Program-made: the position numbers and the translations under genes
NCBI GenBank assembly: GCA_017467105.1
Contig: JAFTSU010000028.1
Location: 15,217-79,216 of the forward strand
From: Clostridia bacterium
Lineage (GTDB): Bacteria > Bacillota > Clostridia > Oscillospirales > CAG-272
Length of the DNA stretch: 64,000 bases
Reading direction: 5' to 3'
In this document: piece after piece, positions 31,137-41,301 of the stretch
How the letters are laid out: the number at the start of each line of letters is the position of its first letter
Position numbering within the stretch: the stretch's first letter is position 1
The notes under the pieces: generated by a model
Databases searched by the model: none
Told to the model about the DNA's origin: nothing
What the model saw: the letters and a program-made list of their open reading frames with translations, nothing else

Positions 31137-33116
31137 TTACTTTATACGGTCAAACTGACGGTCGAGCTCGCCCTTCTTCAGCTTGATAGCTACGGGTCTG
31201 CCGTGTGGACATACCGTAATGTCGGGAATGGAAAGCAGCTTCGAGATAAGCCAATTAAGTATAGAGTCGTCGTAGTGCCTGCCACCCTTGATAGCCGCCT
31301 TACACGCTACCTGATAAAGCGCCTTTTCTCTGCGTATCTGATCGGTGACGGCAGGATTTCCTCTGCCCTCGATAAGCTCGTCGAGCATAGTGACGAATAG
31401 CGACTCCGCATCTGATACGCTGACGGTATCGGGAGTAGCCGTTAGATTTGCGTGCTTGTCGAAAAGCTCAAAATCAAAGCCTACCGATGAAAGATCTGTG
31501 GAAAATTCGGCTGCGGCTGACAGCTCGTCGGGTGACAGAATAACGCTGATCGGCAGCAAAAGCTGCTGAGAGGTGACTCGCATATCCTTTTTCTGCATAT
31601 CGAGAAGCTCCTCAAATATCACCCGCTCGTGAGCGGCGTGCTTATCGATAATGAGAAGCTCACCCTCGTATTCAACGAAGAGATAACAGTCGTACGCCTC
31701 GCCTATAAATCTGTAGCTGACAGAGGGCGTCTCGTCCTCATTGGTATTATATCCGGACTGACTCAAGGAGGGCTCCGGATAGGATTTCGGAGTGTAGTCC
31801 GATGGGTTGGAATCCGCGTATTTGCGAAGGAGAGAAAGAGACTCATCGGAGGTCATTCTCGGAGCATAATCCTCACCTGCACCGCTTCCAGCCCTGAGGG
31901 ACGAGTGAGAGTGTATATACGCCTCTTTTGCGTAGCTTCCACGTGATGTCGCATTCTCTGACGAGTTGACGCGAGAAGTCATATTACGGGTTATGGCCGG
32001 GGGCGTGTCAAATTTAGTAGTGTGACCAAGGGATATTTGTTCCCCCCTCGTGTCCGCTCCTATCGGCACAAAGGCACCGAGAGGATTGCGCTCTGAGGAT
32101 TGCTTCAGCGTCATACCAGGGCGGTATTCTTCCTTCTCGATAGCGGCTCTTACCGTGTGATAAATCGCCTCGAAAACAGGCTGCTCGCCCGCAAACTTCA
32201 CCTCAAGCTTTGCAGGATGTACGTTAACGTCGACCATTTCGGGATTCATATCTATAAAGAGAACGCATACGGGAAAGCCCTCCGGCGCGATATAGGAGGT
32301 GTACGCCTTTTCTATAGCCGCCTGAGCTGTAAGGCTCTTCACGTATCTGCCGTTAATAAATACGTTCTCGTAGTTGCGGTTTCTGCGTGTATTGTCGCTT
32401 CTGCCTATATATCCGCTTACTCTGATGCCGTTCGCTGTACCTTCGGCGCGGATCATTTTCTCGGCAAATTGCTTGCCGAAAACCGAGTATATAGCATTGT
32501 AGAGATCACCGTCTCCCCGGGTCGCAAACCTTTCCTCGCCGTCGACAAGCAAGCGTATCGCGATGTGAGGCTTGGACAGCGCCACCTTCTCTACGAGAGC
32601 GGCAACGTTCATAGCCTCCGTAGAATCCTTCTTCAAAAATTTACGTCTGGCTGGAACGTTTCCAAAAAGATCCTCAACGACCACGGTAGTTCCGTCTGAT
32701 GCTCCGACCTCGGAGATATCCAGCACCTTGCCGTCCTCTGAGGTCAGCATAGTACCGCACTCCGCTTCCTTGGTTTTGGTTATTATGGTAACGGACGAAA
32801 CCGCTGATATTGCCGCAAGCGCCTCACCCCTGAAGCCAAGCGTAGTTATTCCGTCAAGATCCTCGCGAGTGCGTATCTTGCTGGTTGCGTGTCTTTTAAG
32901 CGCAACAGGCAGATCCTCCGCCGTCATACCGCAGCCGTTATCGGTCACGCGAATGAGCGAAACACCGCCGCGCTTGATCTCGGCTGTGATCTCTGTAGCT
33001 CCGGAATCTATTGAGTTTTCTATTAGCTCCTTGATAACCGATGATGGACGTTCTACCACCTCGCCTGCAGCTATAAGGTTAGCTATTTCAAAATCAAGTA
33101 CGTTTATCCTACCCAT
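31137..33116 (-). CDS. mutL: DNA mismatch repair protein MutL
   Basis: N-terminal GHKL motifs (IAAGEVVERPSSVIKELIENSIDSGAT, DNGCGM) and the C-terminal endonuclease region (DKHAAHERV, CPHGRP). Confidence 0.95.
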   Translation of the reverse strand: MGRINVLDFEIANLIAAGEVVERPSSVIKELIENSIDSGATEITAEIKRGGVSLIRVTDNGCGMTAEDLPVALKRHATSKIRTREDLDGITTLGFRGEALAAISAVSSVTIITKTKEAECGTMLTSEDGKVLDISEVGASDGTTVVVEDLFGNVPARRKFLKKDSTEAMNVAALVEKVALSKPHIAIRLLVDGEERFATRGDGDLYNAIYSVFGKQFAEKMIRAEGTANGIRVSGYIGRSDNTRRNRNYENVFINGRYVKSLTAQAAIEKAYTSYIAPEGFPVCVLFIDMNPEMVDVNVHPAKLEVKFAGEQPVFEAIYHTVRAAIEKEEYRPGMTLKQSSERNPLGAFVPIGADTRGEQISLGHTTKFDTPPAITRNMTSRVNSSENATSRGSYAKEAYIHSHSSLRAGSGAGEDYAPRMTSDESLSLLRKYADSNPSDYTPKSYPEPSLSQSGYNTNEDETPSVSYRFIGEAYDCYLFVEYEGELLIIDKHAAHERVIFEELLDMQKKDMRVTSQQLLLPISVILSPDELSAAAEFSTDLSSVGFDFELFDKHANLTATPDTVSVSDAESLFVTMLDELIEGRGNPAVTDQIRREKALYQVACKAAIKGGRHYDDSILNWLISKLLSIPDITVCPHGRPVAIKLKKGELDRQFDRIK

Positions 33117-33271
33117 AATACTCCTAAATCAAATAGAAATTATAAAAAATGTGTTCTCCGTGTACAGCAAGCAACGAATTAAACGAATTCACACTTAAGC
33201 CAAATGACAATACGAGGCAGAGATAGCGAAAATGCGATTCGTCGGAAATTGACGGTGCATTTATTTCACTG

Positions 33272-35905
33272 TCAGTCCGAGAGAAGCTTCTTCAGCTCAT
33301 ATAGCGTGGTTATAGCCTCTATCGGCGTAATTGTATTTATATCGAGGGCGCGTATTTTATCAGCAACCTCGGTGTCCTTGGACGCCATAATATTGCTGAA
33401 GAGATCAATAGGAGCCTCCTCTCGCGTAGGCACGGACTTGGCACGAGGCTCGTCTGCCTCGATGCCGGCAAGTATCTCCTTGGCGCGCTTGACCACCTCG
33501 CCCGGTACTCCCGCGAGCTTGGCAACCTCTATACCGTAGGAATCGTCGGTGCCTCCCCTTACGATCTTGCGAAGGAAGATAATTCCGTCGCCTCTCTTCT
33601 TGGCAGCAATATTGTAGTTAACTATGCCGGGGAAATCGTTCTCCATATCCGTCAGCTCGTGATAGTGGGTTGCAAAGAGGGTCTTAGCTCCTATTCGTTT
33701 TGAATGAGTATACTCTACTACGGCGCGTGCTATAGACATACCGTCGTACGTGCTGGTTCCTCTGCCGACCTCGTCATATATAATTAGAGAACGGGACGTG
33801 GCGTTTTTAAGAATAGCCGCGACCTCGCTCATCTCCAGCATAAAGGTGGACTGACCTGCAGCAAGATCGTCTGACGCGCCAACACGTGTAAACAGCTTGT
33901 CAACAACGCCGATCCGTGCTTCTCTGGCAGGAACGAAGGAGCCTATCTGCGCCATAACGGTGATGATCGCCACCTGGCGCATATACGTGGATTTACCTGC
34001 CATATTAGGTCCTGTGATTATAATTACCTTATTTGAGGACGTGTCAAGTCTGGTATCATTTGGAACGAAATAGGTATCGGTCACGAACTTCTCTACTACG
34101 GGATGGCGGCCGTCCTTTACGAATATTTCAGTTGAAAGATCTATCTCGGGAGCCACGTAGGAATTCTTTGCCGCTACCTCGCCAAGTGAGCGGTATACGT
34201 CTATCTCGGCAACGAGATTTGCCGCATCGCGAATGCGCTGAGAATTATCTACGATCAGCTGACGAAGCTCTGAGAACAGCTGATACTCAAGCTCGGCAAG
34301 CCTCTCCTCCGCGCTGAAGATGGCGGTTTCCATCTTCTTCAGCTCGTCCGTAATATATCTCTCGCAGTTTACGAGAGTTTGCTTGCGAACATAACGGGCA
34401 GGCACCTGTTCGGAAAACGACTTGGTGACCTCTATGTAGTAGCCGAAAACCTTGTTGTAGTCGACCTTTAACGTCTTGATGCCCGTTTCTTCCCTCTCAC
34501 GCTCTTCTATAGACGCCATAATATCCTTACCGCCGTTCTTTATGGAGCGGTAATAATCCACGTCCGGATTATAGCCCTCGCGTATCATACCTCCCTCGCG
34601 TATGCTGAAGGGTGGGTTATCAACAAGGGCAATATCAAGACGGTGGCAAACGTCGTCCATGGTGTCGAGCGCCTTGACGATATTCTTGTGAGAGGATGAC
34701 GGCAGCGTTGCCACAAGCGACTTGATTTCCGGCAGAACGGAAAGGCTCTGACAGATAGCGCGTAAATCCTTCGCACCGGCAGTACCGTACACCGCCTTAG
34801 CCGTGAGTCGCTCAAGATCCAGCATACCCGAGAGCAGTTCTGAAAGCTCCTCCCGCTCTCTTGGGCGGGTAACGTAATCGGATACTGCGCTCTGACGGTG
34901 GGTTATAGCGGCAACGTCGACCAAGGGACGAAGCACCCAGGATCTGAGAAGTCTGGCTCCCATAGCGGTCTTGGTTTTATCAAGCACCCATAAAAGCGAG
35001 CCTCTCTTTTCCTTATTGCGCATCGACTCGGTAAGCTCGAGGTTGCGTCTGGTATTTATATCCATCTCCAGATACTGTCCTCTGGAGTATATATTCAGTT
35101 CTCTGACGAAAGTCTGCTCCGTCTTCTGAGTATGCTCTATGTACGCGAGAAGCGCGCCTACAGCCATAAACATCTCCGGCGCGTTGAGTCTGTCCGCCCC
35201 GTCACCGTATACGCGGTTGACCTGGGAGCGCGCTCTGTCGTATGCGAAAAGCTTATCTACGTCGTCGAGTATCAGAGAGGAGAACCTGTCACGAGCAAAT
35301 TTAACTACGTCGGGATACTCTGACAAAGGTCTGTTAATTATGATCTCCGAGGGCTGATACGCGCCGATCTCGCTCTTCAGAACGGTGAGATAATCAGGAC
35401 TTGACAGATAGGTGCAGGACACCTCACCCGTAGAGATATCGGCAGCCGCAACAGCGGCAGACTCCCCAGCAAAGCACACGGACATAAGAAAGTTGTTTCT
35501 TCCGTCTGTGAGAAGGGTCGCGTCTGTGACTGTGCCCGGAGTGACCACACGGGTAACCTCTCTCTTTACAAGACCCTGAGCAGCCTTCGGATCGCCTATC
35601 TGCTCGCATATTGCAACTCTGAAGCCGCGCTCCACGAGCTTGCCGACATAGACGTCAGATTTGTGGAAGGGAACGCCGCACATAGCACCCCGCTTGCCGT
35701 CTCCGCAATCTCTGGCGGTAAGAGTAAGCTCCAGTTCACGCGAGGCGATAACCGCGTCCTCAAAGAAGCACTCGTAGAAATCCCCGAGTCTGTACATAAG
35801 AATGTGGTCGGGATATTGCTCCTTTACCTCAAGATACTGGGACATCATCGGAGTGACTGTTTTTAAATTTTTTCTGTCGTAAATTACTTCTGCAGCTGAA
35901 GCCAT
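33272..35905 (-). CDS. mutS: DNA mismatch repair protein MutS
   Basis: 877 aa. TPMMSQYLEVK and GDFYE mismatch-binding motifs, Walker A GPNMAGKST, and STF...E. Confidence 0.95.
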   Translation of the reverse strand: MASAAEVIYDRKNLKTVTPMMSQYLEVKEQYPDHILMYRLGDFYECFFEDAVIASRELELTLTARDCGDGKRGAMCGVPFHKSDVYVGKLVERGFRVAICEQIGDPKAAQGLVKREVTRVVTPGTVTDATLLTDGRNNFLMSVCFAGESAAVAAADISTGEVSCTYLSSPDYLTVLKSEIGAYQPSEIIINRPLSEYPDVVKFARDRFSSLILDDVDKLFAYDRARSQVNRVYGDGADRLNAPEMFMAVGALLAYIEHTQKTEQTFVRELNIYSRGQYLEMDINTRRNLELTESMRNKEKRGSLLWVLDKTKTAMGARLLRSWVLRPLVDVAAITHRQSAVSDYVTRPREREELSELLSGMLDLERLTAKAVYGTAGAKDLRAICQSLSVLPEIKSLVATLPSSSHKNIVKALDTMDDVCHRLDIALVDNPPFSIREGGMIREGYNPDVDYYRSIKNGGKDIMASIEEREREETGIKTLKVDYNKVFGYYIEVTKSFSEQVPARYVRKQTLVNCERYITDELKKMETAIFSAEERLAELEYQLFSELRQLIVDNSQRIRDAANLVAEIDVYRSLGEVAAKNSYVAPEIDLSTEIFVKDGRHPVVEKFVTDTYFVPNDTRLDTSSNKVIIITGPNMAGKSTYMRQVAIITVMAQIGSFVPAREARIGVVDKLFTRVGASDDLAAGQSTFMLEMSEVAAILKNATSRSLIIYDEVGRGTSTYDGMSIARAVVEYTHSKRIGAKTLFATHYHELTDMENDFPGIVNYNIAAKKRGDGIIFLRKIVRGGTDDSYGIEVAKLAGVPGEVVKRAKEILAGIEADEPRAKSVPTREEAPIDLFSNIMASKDTEVADKIRALDINTITPIEAITTLYELKKLLSD

Positions 35906-36067
35906 TTTACTACCTCTTTTTTCTGTTTTGATCTGCCCGTGGCAGAGAAATAATGCATTTCGGTCGGATGAGTGCGAACTGACGGCTCATCCGTTTTGAG
36001 AGACGGATCGCTATGCCGCAAAGACGGCACTCTTCTCCTGCGAAAAAATCATATTACGGACCGATTA

Positions 36068-36463
36068 TCAGTGACAGCCCTTGCAGGTGGAGCAATCGTG
36101 AGTGCATTCCGTGGGGCGCTCACCCGTGATGCAGAACTTGATCTCCTCGTTTACGGATTGCATTATTGCGTTTACTGCCTTCTGCGCCTCTGCAAAGGCT
36201 GCGTAATTTGAATTAGCGGTTATCTCCGCCGAGAGCTCCTGCATTCTGGCTCTGATGTCGGCTATAGCGCGCTGGTCGGCTTCGCCCGGATCCTTGGAGA
36301 ACTCCTGACCGAGAGCCAGCTGATCAGCCTCGTATTCACGCATCTTCGCCTGAAGTGCGTCGTCAGCGGAAAATGCTATTTTGGTTTCCTCAAGCCTCTT
36401 CATTTCTGCGCTTGCGGCGATCTCCTCGCCAAGCGCGTGCGCAAGTTCAATAATTTTAGACAT
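36068..36463 (-). CDS. YlbF/YmcA (RicF/RicA)-family protein with Cys-rich C-terminal tail
   Basis: 131-aa helical protein in the conserved miaB-ylbF-mutS position. The tail reads CTHDCSTCKGCH. The Bacillus Ric complex is reported to bind Fe-S clusters. Confidence 0.65.
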   Translation of the reverse strand: MSKIIELAHALGEEIAASAEMKRLEETKIAFSADDALQAKMREYEADQLALGQEFSKDPGEADQRAIADIRARMQELSAEITANSNYAAFAEAQKAVNAIMQSVNEEIKFCITGERPTECTHDCSTCKGCH

Positions 36464-36468
36464 TTTTG

Positions 36469-37857
36469 TTATCCTCTCTTTTCCGCGCCTATCAAATCAA
36501 AGGCGCCTGTTTTTTCTATAATAACTTCGGTGAATTCACCGATTTTAACGTTTTCACCTGTAAAATGGACCAGCTTGTTGGAGCTTGTCCTGCCGGTGTA
36601 AACCGTTCTGCCGTCTCTCTCCTCCGCGGAGTCTGTGAGAACGCGCTGAGCGGTACCGAGATATCCGAGATTCGCCTCGTAGGATATAGGGTCCTGCATA
36701 CGAAGGAGAATGTCAAGCCGGCGCGACGCAATCTCTCGCGGTACCTTATCGGAAAGCTCTACAGCAAGCGTGCCCTTTCTCTCCGAATAGATAAACGCGT
36801 ATACCATATCAAACTTTACGTCGCGAAGGACCTGCAGAGTATGGGAAAAGTCCTCTTCACTCTCTCCCGGGAACCCGACGATAACGTCGGTGGAAAGGGC
36901 GATTCCGGGTATCTCCGCTCTTAGTCTCTCTGCTATTTCAACAAATCTCTCGCGGGTGTAGGTCCTGTTCATTCTTCGAAGAACGGAGTTGCTGCCCGAT
37001 TGAAGCGGAAGATGAAAATATGGGGCGATCTTTTCCTTATACCTTGCCATTGTGGATATGAGGGAATCCGACGTGTCCTTCGGGTGACTTGTCATAAAGC
37101 GGATAAGGAAATCGCCGGGGAGCTCGGCAATTTTGGAAAGAAGACCTGAAAAATCTGTATCGGAGAAATAGGAATTGACGTTCTGACCAAGGAGAGTTAT
37201 ATCCTTGACGCCTTCACTTATCAGGGCTCTGCACTCCTCTATAATCGCCTCTGAAGGACGGCTGCGCTCTCTACCGCGAACGTATGGCACGATACAGTAT
37301 GAGCAGAAATTGTTGCAGCCATACATTATGCTGACCCAAGCTCTGTGACTCGAGGTGCGGACCGTTGGCAAGCCCTCTACGATATCCCAGCCGTCCTCAC
37401 CGAATACGAAGCTTCGGCGGCGATCAACCAGCGAATGATAGACCAGCTCGGGAAAGCGGTGAATCATACCCGGCTCGAGAGTAAAGCTGACGTAATGGAA
37501 ATCCCGCTTCAGCTTTTCTGCCATATGGGGCTCGGCTGACATACAGCCGCAAACTCCAACGATCAGCTCGGGGCGCAGCTTCTTATACGCCTTAAAGCTG
37601 CCGAGAAGGGATAAAACCTTCATCTCCGCGTGCTCACGAATGGCACAGGTATTCACCACGATGATATCAGCCTCGTCGGCACTCTCTGCCCTGGCGTAGC
37701 CCATCTCCTCCGCCATGCCCCTAAGCTTCTCGCTGTCCGCTTCGTTTTGCTGACAGCCGAATGTGAAAACAAAATAGCGTCTCGGAGAGTCAATATTCAG
37801 TTTTTTAACCTCTTCGGCGTATCCGAATACGCCTATCTTCTCTGCATCAAGAACCAT
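36469..37857 (-). CDS. miaB: tRNA-2-methylthio-N6-dimethylallyladenosine synthase
   Basis: UPF0004 N-domain (FGCQQNEADSE, NTCAIRE), radical SAM CNNFCSYCIVP, and a TRAM C-terminus. Confidence 0.9.
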   Translation of the reverse strand: MVLDAEKIGVFGYAEEVKKLNIDSPRRYFVFTFGCQQNEADSEKLRGMAEEMGYARAESADEADIIVVNTCAIREHAEMKVLSLLGSFKAYKKLRPELIVGVCGCMSAEPHMAEKLKRDFHYVSFTLEPGMIHRFPELVYHSLVDRRRSFVFGEDGWDIVEGLPTVRTSSHRAWVSIMYGCNNFCSYCIVPYVRGRERSRPSEAIIEECRALISEGVKDITLLGQNVNSYFSDTDFSGLLSKIAELPGDFLIRFMTSHPKDTSDSLISTMARYKEKIAPYFHLPLQSGSNSVLRRMNRTYTRERFVEIAERLRAEIPGIALSTDVIVGFPGESEEDFSHTLQVLRDVKFDMVYAFIYSERKGTLAVELSDKVPREIASRRLDILLRMQDPISYEANLGYLGTAQRVLTDSAEERDGRTVYTGRTSSNKLVHFTGENVKIGEFTEVIIEKTGAFDLIGAEKRG

Positions 37858-38022
37858 AAAGCCTCAAGGCAACCTCTCGCGTAAATATTATATCAATATA
37901 TTTTAACATAAATTTTAATTATTTTCAAGTAAAAACAAATATTTTGTCGACTATTTATCGTTGAGTCGACGAGTCGGGTCTTACAAGCTAATAATATAAT
38001 TATCCAAAAGGAGTTAAACGTA

Positions 38023-38051
38023 TTGACTTTTCAAAAATTTAGGAATATAAT
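38023..38051 (+). promoter_or_regulatory. Consensus sigma-A promoter of the MATE gene
   Basis: TTGACT (38023-38028), 17 nt, TATAAT (38046-38051). Confidence 0.7.
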
Positions 38052-38083
38052 GAAGTGCAGAATGGTATAAGGAGATTTCCCAA

Positions 38084-39463
38084 GTGACTTCCGCAATTAA
38101 AAAGACCAGGATCAAAGAGGTAGATATGCTAAGTGGTCCGGTGCTGCCTTCACTCATAAAATTTGCGATCCCTATTTTTCTAACCAACCTTCTGCAACAG
38201 TTATACAGCACTGCTGACACACTTGTAGTGGGTGCAATGGGCGGCAAGGAATCGCTTGCGGCAATAGGCGCAACAGCCTCTGTCATTAATATGCTGATCG
38301 TCGTTTTCAACAACGTTTTCGTTGGAACAAACATCCTCGTAGCAAGAGCAAGAGGAAACGGGGACGATACGCTTATGCGTAAAATTGTGTCAACGACGTA
38401 CGTAATGAGCATTATCTTTGGTGTTGGGCTCTTTTCAATAGGCGAGTTTCTGTCCGTCCCAATGCTTGAGATCACCGGGTGTCCTGAGCACATAATAAAC
38501 GATTCTGCAAAATATCTGAGAATATATTTTTTGGCAATGCCTGCAGCCATGCTGATGAACTGCGGAGCTTCGATAATACGAAGCGCAGGAAATTCCAGAT
38601 CACCGTTTATTTACATGAGCATATCAGGACTTATAAACGTAGTTTGCAACGTTATATTCGTTCTCTTGTTCGGGGATCCCGTAGCCTCGGTTGCCTGGGC
38701 TACCGTGCTATCTCATTACGTAGCTGCAATTCTCTTTATCATAAATATGATCAGGGACAAAAGCGCTATCGGTCTGAACCCCTTCAATTTCTTGTTTTAC
38801 GGTGACATTTTCGCAAAAACTATAAAATACGGAATTCCCGCATCAATATCCTCAATGACCTTCTCGATCACAAATTTCATAATCCAGCCCACAATTAACT
38901 CGTACGGTGACGTAGGTATATCGGGTATTGCTGCAGGAGCAGCAATCAACGCATATATTTCCACCATAACTGGAGCGCTGAGTGCTGCTGTAACCACCTT
39001 CGTTGGTCAAAACGTCGGGGCAAACCGCAGGCCAAGGGTCAAGGAAGCGATTATAAAATCATATGCATTGGGCATTGTGGCACTCAGTATATATACCATT
39101 TTTATTTTCATATTTGGAAAAACGTTGGTTGGATTTTTCATTCCCGGAGAAACCGAAGCGATCGACTTCGGCTATCTGTATCTTCAACTAATAACCGCTG
39201 CTTCGATATTCTACGTTGTAATAATCGTGTCCTCGGCTATTATACAGGCATACGGCTATGCTATGCTGCAAATGATATCCAACGTAACCGGAGTTTGCGT
39301 TTTTCGCCTTATCTGGATGTGGCTGATCTATCCTCTGGACAGAACACCTCTCAATTTCCTCATTTGTTACCCAGTCTCATACATACTGACGGCAATTGAG
39401 CTTGTTATAGTAGCAATCATACTTACGAAAAAATATCTTGGCGGTAAGGATTTCAAACTTTAA
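38084..39463 (+). CDS. MATE-family efflux transporter
   Basis: 459 aa, 12 TM. N-terminal GPVLPSLIKFAIPIFLTNLLQQLY is typical of the family. GTG start with AAGGAG SD; an alternative ATG is at 38126. Confidence 0.85.
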   Translation: MTSAIKKTRIKEVDMLSGPVLPSLIKFAIPIFLTNLLQQLYSTADTLVVGAMGGKESLAAIGATASVINMLIVVFNNVFVGTNILVARARGNGDDTLMRKIVSTTYVMSIIFGVGLFSIGEFLSVPMLEITGCPEHIINDSAKYLRIYFLAMPAAMLMNCGASIIRSAGNSRSPFIYMSISGLINVVCNVIFVLLFGDPVASVAWATVLSHYVAAILFIINMIRDKSAIGLNPFNFLFYGDIFAKTIKYGIPASISSMTFSITNFIIQPTINSYGDVGISGIAAGAAINAYISTITGALSAAVTTFVGQNVGANRRPRVKEAIIKSYALGIVALSIYTIFIFIFGKTLVGFFIPGETEAIDFGYLYLQLITAASIFYVVIIVSSAIIQAYGYAMLQMISNVTGVCVFRLIWMWLIYPLDRTPLNFLICYPVSYILTAIELVIVAIILTKKYLGGKDFKL

Positions 39464-39468
39464 AAAAG

Positions 39469-39508
39469 AGACCCGACATCTACTCAATAGAGTGAGAGTG
39501 TCGGGTCT
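39469..39508. terminator. Hairpin between the convergent MATE and TPM genes
   Basis: AGACCCGACA (39469-39478) pairs with TGTCGGGTCT (39499-39508). Confidence 0.65.
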
Positions 39509-39514
39509 ATACTT

Positions 39515-40234
39515 TTATCTTCTGCCCCTGGATCCGCCGCTTCTGCCACCGGATCTGCCTGAGGAAGAACTGATCCTGGTTCTGACAACGTTGGATCCGA
39601 GGAATGCGTCATTGGAATAGGTAAGATTCATATTGGCATATCTGGACAGAGGATATGAGGGAGATTTAAGCTTCTTCTTATATCTCACAACAACCACGGT
39701 AACGGCAATTCCGCCGCTGATCAAGGCGATAACGATAGGCCAAACAATAGCGCTGATACGGGCGGCATTACGAGCGGAGATAAGCACCTCCTCCGTAACG
39801 GAGGTAAATGCGAGAATACCCTCGGCAAGATTGCCGGACTTGATATTGTAGTATACCTCATCCGTATCAAGAATGTAATCGGCATCAGAATCGCTGATGA
39901 GACTGTAGGCATCACCGTACGTATAGAGCTCGTAATAGTAGATGGAGTGATCCAGCTCTATCTCTAAAAGCACCACGTCATCCGAATCACTGACACCGAA
40001 TTCTGAAAGCATGGTGTACTCGGATGCATATCCATCGGAGTGAATATACACGAAAAACTCGACACGGGTAGCCTCTTTAGCACTATTCAGAGCAGATTCG
40101 ATAGTCTGAGTATCACTGCTAAGGAGACTGTCACCGTCGTAGATGGGGGACTGACGCGAGGCGGATGAAGTGATAATCAAGGCAGGGAGAAGCGCACTAA
40201 AGATCAGTAAAGCAAGCACTAAACGTTTCATCAT
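39515..40234 (-). CDS. TPM-domain membrane protein (YgcG/YdjH-like) with Gly/Ser/Arg tail
   Basis: Signal peptide MMKRLVLALLIFSALL. TPM-like core (IYDGDSLLS..., VEFFVYI, VVLLEIELD..YYYELYTYGD.., GNLAEGILAF). TM helix ISAIVWPIVIALISGGIAVTVVVV. Tail SSSSGRSGGRSGGSRGRR. ATG 40234 is preferred (GGGGGA SD); the track start is 40246. Confidence 0.6.
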   Translation of the reverse strand: MMKRLVLALLIFSALLPALIITSSASRQSPIYDGDSLLSSDTQTIESALNSAKEATRVEFFVYIHSDGYASEYTMLSEFGVSDSDDVVLLEIELDHSIYYYELYTYGDAYSLISDSDADYILDTDEVYYNIKSGNLAEGILAFTSVTEEVLISARNAARISAIVWPIVIALISGGIAVTVVVVRYKKKLKSPSYPLSRYANMNLTYSNDAFLGSNVVRTRISSSSGRSGGRSGGSRGRR

Positions 40235-41280
40235 AGCATCCCCCATCCTATAAGAAATGACACGATACCGACGGCAAGTGAAACCAGGCCTCCGAGAATC
40301 GCAAGCTTTGGAATGCTGACGGGTAGCTCGCCGTAGATTTTGCCTGTGGAACCATTCATAGCGTAAAGATAATTTTTACCCTTGCGCATGTAGTTAAGTA
40401 TCCATATCGGTGTAAGAGCATACTCCCAGTGGCTCTTCTCTACAGAGACGGAGGTGGACTTGGAGTCCACGGAGGAATAGCCCACGACGGTGGATGAAAG
40501 AAGGGACTCGGCGTAGCTCGTCATCTTACCGCGCACGTCCTCTGTGAGATCCTCTCTGGAAAGGTCACGCTTTTTCGCCTGATAGCCCTGAAGATAGGGT
40601 ATGCTGAAATCAAGATACTCATCGGTAGGATACGGCAGAATACCCTCCAGCATTGCCTTATCCTCCGTGGATATGGCGGAGGAGGAAATATCCTCAAAGT
40701 GGATATTGGCGCGACGGGTTATTGCGTAATGGGAGGTCTCCGTGTATCTGTAATTTCCCTGTCTCCACGAGCGCACCTTACGTGCCTTGGCATTCATACC
40801 TGCACTGCTGTCTGCATCAACAACCCAGAAGGGATAGTAAATACCGCAAATCTTGTCGGAATGCTCGGGAGAAAAGTAATCCTTGGGCAGAAACCACTTT
40901 TTCTTGCAATAATCGCGGAAAATCTTCTTTGCCTCATCCTTATCAAATTTAAAGGGTATGATCTTGGTGGGACGGAAAGCGCCCGAGACTCTGTCGGAAA
41001 GAACTATGGGGTTATGGCAATAGTAGCAGAAATCTGCAACGGTGGATTTGTCTGTCAGGATCTCTGCACCGCAGCTATCGCAATGGTACTCGCGAAGCTC
41101 GGAGCGAAATTCGTCCTCCGCCCGTTCTGCCTCCTCGGCACGCTTGTCTGCACCGCTTAAGCGAAGCTCGTCCTCGGTAAAGGAGGATATGCAGAAGTCA
41201 CAGCTGAAGCTTTGCTTCTCTGCATCAAAAACCAAGCCTGCGCCGCAATTCGGGCATTTATAAGTAACTGTAGCGCTCAT
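40231..41280 (-). CDS. Zinc-ribbon membrane protein (YdjG-like)
   Basis: 349 aa. Two ribbons: CPNCGA..17..CDFC and CDSCGA..13..CYYC. About 230 aa of soluble domain, then a C-terminal TM helix LAILGGLVSLAVGIVSFLIGW. Confidence 0.55.
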   Translation of the reverse strand: MSATVTYKCPNCGAGLVFDAEKQSFSCDFCISSFTEDELRLSGADKRAEEAERAEDEFRSELREYHCDSCGAEILTDKSTVADFCYYCHNPIVLSDRVSGAFRPTKIIPFKFDKDEAKKIFRDYCKKKWFLPKDYFSPEHSDKICGIYYPFWVVDADSSAGMNAKARKVRSWRQGNYRYTETSHYAITRRANIHFEDISSSAISTEDKAMLEGILPYPTDEYLDFSIPYLQGYQAKKRDLSREDLTEDVRGKMTSYAESLLSSTVVGYSSVDSKSTSVSVEKSHWEYALTPIWILNYMRKGKNYLYAMNGSTGKIYGELPVSIPKLAILGGLVSLAVGIVSFLIGWGML

Positions 41281-41301
41281 ATTGTTAGCCCTTTTGTTTA
41301 A

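Noticed and set aside
35906-36067. 160-nt spacer between ylbF and mutS containing hairpins (CGGATGAG..CTCATCCG followed by TTTT on the plus strand)
   Set aside because: The hairpin+T-run is oriented antisense to the operon. I recognised no known RNA motif and have no conservation data. It is most likely an ordinary spacer or an internal mutS promoter region.
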